From: Candidatus Eiseniibacteriota bacterium
GTDB lineage: Bacteria; Eisenbacteria; RBG-16-71-46; CAIMUX01; VGJL01
Assembly (NCBI GenBank): GCA_963792585.1
Contig: CAWBWI010000001.1
Span: forward strand, 1,664,001 to 1,728,000
Direction of reading: 5' to 3'
DNA length: 64,000 bases
The translations under genes were made by a program, and so were the position numbers. The stretch's first letter is position 1. Each line of letters starts with the position of its first letter. Positions 60,743 through 64,000 of this stretch are shown piece by piece. The notes under the pieces are model-generated. The model saw only the letters and a program-made list of their open reading frames with translations, did not search any database and was not told the DNA's origin.

Positions 60743-61201
60743 ATGCACGGAGTCGCGGGCACGCCCTTTGGATCTTCCATCTTCTGGTCGGGTGTTCTGG
60801 GCTGGACGGTGGCATCCATTCTCAAGATCATGGTCAACTGGCGCCGCACGGGGCGCGTTGACTTCCACTACCTGACCAGTTTGGGTGGGATGCCCAGCGC
60901 GCACTCGGCCATGGTCAGCGCCCTGGCGACCTCCGTGGGGCTGCGTGAGGGCTTCGGCAGCACGATCTTCATCGTCACCTTGGCGTTCTCCATGGTGATC
61001 ATGTTCGACGCCTCCACGGTACGGCGCGCTGCGGGGCTGCAGGCCACGCTCTTGAACCAGATCGTGGACGTGGTCCTCAAGCAGCATCACTTGCCCACGG
61101 AGAAACTGAGGGAGATCCTCGGTCATACTCGGGTGGAGGTCTTCGCGGGCATGCTGGTGGGGGTCGGCGTCGGCATCGTAGTCGATCTGATGTTACGCTA
61201 G
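60743..61201 (+). CDS. Divergent PAP2 family protein (DUF212)
   Basis: GGMPSAHSA, VIMFDA..VRR.AG.QA..LN, L.E.LGHT..EV..G. Confidence 0.9.
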   Translation: MHGVAGTPFGSSIFWSGVLGWTVASILKIMVNWRRTGRVDFHYLTSLGGMPSAHSAMVSALATSVGLREGFGSTIFIVTLAFSMVIMFDASTVRRAAGLQATLLNQIVDVVLKQHHLPTEKLREILGHTRVEVFAGMLVGVGVGIVVDLMLR

Positions 61202-61315
61202 CGCGCAGTTCAGTCGCATGACGCGGCGCTTGGGCGCCTTGAAAATCCGGGGTGCGCGGTCGTTCTCGGAGTTCCGCACCCCACCGGTTCCAAGATTGCT
61301 GAGGAGGTTGCGACG

Positions 61316-62026
61316 ATGAAGCACGGAGTGCTGGTTTCTCGTCTATCCGTGGGGATCCTGGGCCTGGGCCTGCTTCTCGCAGGCTGCGGACCCAAGCCGA
61401 AGCCAAGGATGGGATTCTTCCTCGACATCCGCAAGAACACGCTCGAGCAGATCGACAAGGACGGGGTTCGCATCTCCGTGAAGCCAATCACGATGGAGAA
61501 CTACACCTCCTTCCCCCGGACCTTCACGAACCTTGCGGCGGAAGGCCCAGGCGGATCCACGACGACTCCATGGACCGACGTCAACATCCCCGCCTTCGAG
61601 CTCACGGTCTTGAACAACACGAGTCATGTCCTGAAGTTGAGCAAAGCCGTCATCAAGTTGCAGGACGACCGCGGGATCATCTATGAACCGTCGACGAAGG
61701 CGGACCTCGACGCGATGGCGGACGCCCGTGCGAAGGCGCTTGCCGGCGAACAGGTGAAGGTCGACATCCCCGCGGCCAAGGCGCGAATCCTGGCTCTCAA
61801 GCTCGTGGACCAGAATTTGGAACTTCTCCCCGGGATCGCGGAGAAGGTCTACTCGACCTTCAACTACCCTGAGGAGCCATCGACATTCCTCGCGGGGAGG
61901 AGTTCCCTGAAGTTGATGCTCTACGAAATCCCCGTGCTTACGGATGAAGCCGGCGAGGTGACGAGAACGACCAACTTCGAGTTCACATACGACATCCACA
62001 CGCGGGCGGTTGGGGCAACCAAGTAG
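61316..62026 (+). CDS. Hypothetical lipoprotein
   Basis: GAGGAGG RBS; lipobox LLAGC. Confidence 0.8.
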   Translation: MKHGVLVSRLSVGILGLGLLLAGCGPKPKPRMGFFLDIRKNTLEQIDKDGVRISVKPITMENYTSFPRTFTNLAAEGPGGSTTTPWTDVNIPAFELTVLNNTSHVLKLSKAVIKLQDDRGIIYEPSTKADLDAMADARAKALAGEQVKVDIPAAKARILALKLVDQNLELLPGIAEKVYSTFNYPEEPSTFLAGRSSLKLMLYEIPVLTDEAGEVTRTTNFEFTYDIHTRAVGATK

Positions 62027-62080
62027 CCTCGAATCAACGCGGCACGGCTCCGCACGGTCCGTCGCAGGTCCGGAACTTCA

Positions 62081-64000
62081 TCACCTCGGCAGGATCACCT
62101 TCACGGCGTGCGTCTCGCCGCCCATCGCGAGACGGATGAAGTACAGGCCCGGCGGCGCGGCCCGGCCGTCTCCCGTCGAGCCGTTCCACACGACCGTCCG
62201 CGGAGGCGCGGAGGCGTCGATCGGACGCGCCGCCCCACTGTCGAGGCTGGCCACCCGTCGCCCGAGCACATCGAAGACGCCGAGGTCGAACGAACTGTCG
62301 CGCGCCGGACGCAGATCAATCTCGAAACGATCCCCCACGATCGGACGGACGCGCAGGACCGCTGTAGCCGCGGCGCCGCGGGAGGGCGGAAAGCCGTCGA
62401 CGGAAGCCGGATCGATGCGCGTCGCCTTCATGATGCAGTTGGCGCCGCCACCGACCCAGAAGCCGTCCTCCACGGCGGTGATGCAGGATCCCCCGATCGC
62501 GGCCGGAAGCGTGAGATCCTCCCACGTCGCGCCGCCGTCCTCGGTGATGACGATCGAGCCGTCGACGTAGAAGCTGCCTGTCGTCACTCCCCCATGGATG
62601 TTGTCGGGAGCGAAGGAGAGGTCGGTCGCGGTGCCGGCCCATACTCTGCTCCAGATCCCGCCGCCGTTCGTGGTGCGGTAGATCCCGGTCGATCCCGTGG
62701 GGATTGTTACGAACCCGGTCTGCGTGTCGCGCCAGTGCATGTCCAGCATGTAGCTCGTGAGTCCCGTCGTGCCGGCAGGAGCCCAGGACGCTCCGCCATC
62801 GGTCGTCTTGTACAGGATCGGCAAGCCGTTCGCGTACCCCCCAACGAAGCCCGTGCCGGGGTCCGGGAACGAGATCGCCAGAAGACCGCTCGTTGCGGGA
62901 AGGCCGACGCTACGGGGCTCCCACGTCGCGCCGTAGTCCGTCGTCCGGTAGACCTTCGACTGCGTCTGACCGAAGACAGCGGCGAATGCGGTTCCTGAGG
63001 ACGGAGTGGAGATGTGAAAGGCCTGGCCGTTGACCGGTGGATTCGGAAGGTCGACGGACGTCCAGGTCGTTCCGCCGTCGGTCGTGCGCCACATCCGTCC
63101 GTAGTCACCGGCCGCGACGGCGCGCGCCGCATCCCAATAGACGATCTCGCGCGTGAAGCTGATCGCGGGTCCGCCCGGCTGCGGCTCCCAGGTCGATCCT
63201 CCGTCCGGCGTGTGGAGCCAGAAGGTGGGCGGAGACCCGGCCGTCCCGGCTGCGCCGGATCCACCGGGGCCGATCCCGATCGCGCCGATGATCCCACGGG
63301 GATGATCGAACGCGGCGTAGGTCGTGTTCGTCCACGACTGGCCGTTGTCGGTCGAGCGGTAGAGGTCTCCTTCGCTCGAGGGGAGGATCAAGGTCCCGTC
63401 ATCGAGACGGTCGAGGTCGAGGAAACCGCCCAACCCGCTATTGAGACGGTTCGTCCAGTTGTCGCCGCCGTCGGTCGTCTCCCACACCGTCGCGCCCTCG
63501 AGGTTCGTGCAGACCAGGTAATGGAGAGGACCAAAGACGATCGCATTGCCCATGTAGGTTATCGGATTGACCATCGCGCCCGTCCAACTCGCCCCGGCAT
63601 TCGTGGTCTTCCAGATGTGGAAATCGCTCAGGATCGTACCGTGGCTCGCGTCCGTGAAGAATCCTTCGCTGAACGCCTCCGATTCGGACACGCCATTCAA
63701 GGGCGCCCATGTCTGGCCGCCGTCCGTAGTCCGGCGGGCGAGAAAGGTCCCGAGGACGTAGCCGTTCGAGGGGTCGAGCCAGACCTGCTCGTGCAGGTCG
63801 TTCGGTCCCGCCGAGGAGAGCAGGGCCCAGCTGGCTCCGGCGTCGGTCGATCGAAGAACCTGACCGTTGTTTCCCACCGCGGAGAGAATGGATCCGGTCA
63901 CAACCTCGAGATCGGTCAGGGTCGTTGTCGAAGGATTCGCAACCGGTGACCAGGAAACCCCGGCATCGGTCGATTCGAATATCCCCGGGGCGGAGCCGAC
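62081..64000 (-). CDS. BNR/YCF48-like beta-propeller protein with FlgD-Ig C-terminus (5'-truncated by window)
   Basis: Frame is open to base 64000; repeated RTTDGGxTW; C-terminal FDVLGRRV...WNG..GDGR..PPGLYFIRL. Confidence 0.9.
   Translation of the reverse strand, partial: VGSAPGIFESTDAGVSWSPVANPSTTTLTDLEVVTGSILSAVGNNGQVLRSTDAGASWALLSSAGPNDLHEQVWLDPSNGYVLGTFLARRTTDGGQTWAPLNGVSESEAFSEGFFTDASHGTILSDFHIWKTTNAGASWTGAMVNPITYMGNAIVFGPLHYLVCTNLEGATVWETTDGGDNWTNRLNSGLGGFLDLDRLDDGTLILPSSEGDLYRSTDNGQSWTNTTYAAFDHPRGIIGAIGIGPGGSGAAGTAGSPPTFWLHTPDGGSTWEPQPGGPAISFTREIVYWDAARAVAAGDYGRMWRTTDGGTTWTSVDLPNPPVNGQAFHISTPSSGTAFAAVFGQTQSKVYRTTDYGATWEPRSVGLPATSGLLAISFPDPGTGFVGGYANGLPILYKTTDGGASWAPAGTTGLTSYMLDMHWRDTQTGFVTIPTGSTGIYRTTNGGGIWSRVWAGTATDLSFAPDNIHGGVTTGSFYVDGSIVITEDGGATWEDLTLPAAIGGSCITAVEDGFWVGGGANCIMKATRIDPASVDGFPPSRGAAATAVLRVRPIVGDRFEIDLRPARDSSFDLGVFDVLGRRVASLDSGAARPIDASAPPRTVVWNGSTGDGRAAPPGLYFIRLAMGGETHAVKVILPR

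Overview
GC-rich bacterial window with about 45 genes. It is dominated by secreted proteins ending in an FlgD-Ig/T9SS-type C-terminal domain (8 genes plus one decayed remnant), plus Ser/Thr-kinase-STAND-TPR proteins. This gene style suggests Candidatus Eisenbacteria or a related FCB-superphylum lineage (inference only). No rRNA, tRNA, CRISPR array or mobile element was recognised. Highlights: (1) A two-gene graspetide-like RiPP locus (11956-13679), in which an MvdC/D-type ATP-grasp ligase is translationally coupled to an unusually large (~266 aa) protein with an internal Thr/Ser-rich then Asp/Glu-rich hairpin-type core. (2) A cysteine-sensing transcription attenuator missed by the ORF track: a promoter, an apparently leaderless 34-aa CCC..C peptide, an antiterminator and a terminator, upstream of a clade-D beta-carbonic anhydrase (COS/CS2 hydrolase-like). 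(3) A split, pterin-domain-free methionine synthase operon fed by a non-pyrrolysine MttB methyltransferase. (4) An ECF sigma factor coupled to a soluble kinase-STAND-TPR protein. (5) A candidate small RNA or 20-aa peptide unit downstream of a NarL-type two-component system. The RND efflux genes at ~48000-51350 carry many frameshifts that look like sequencing errors. All product calls come from motif recognition by eye, not from database searches.
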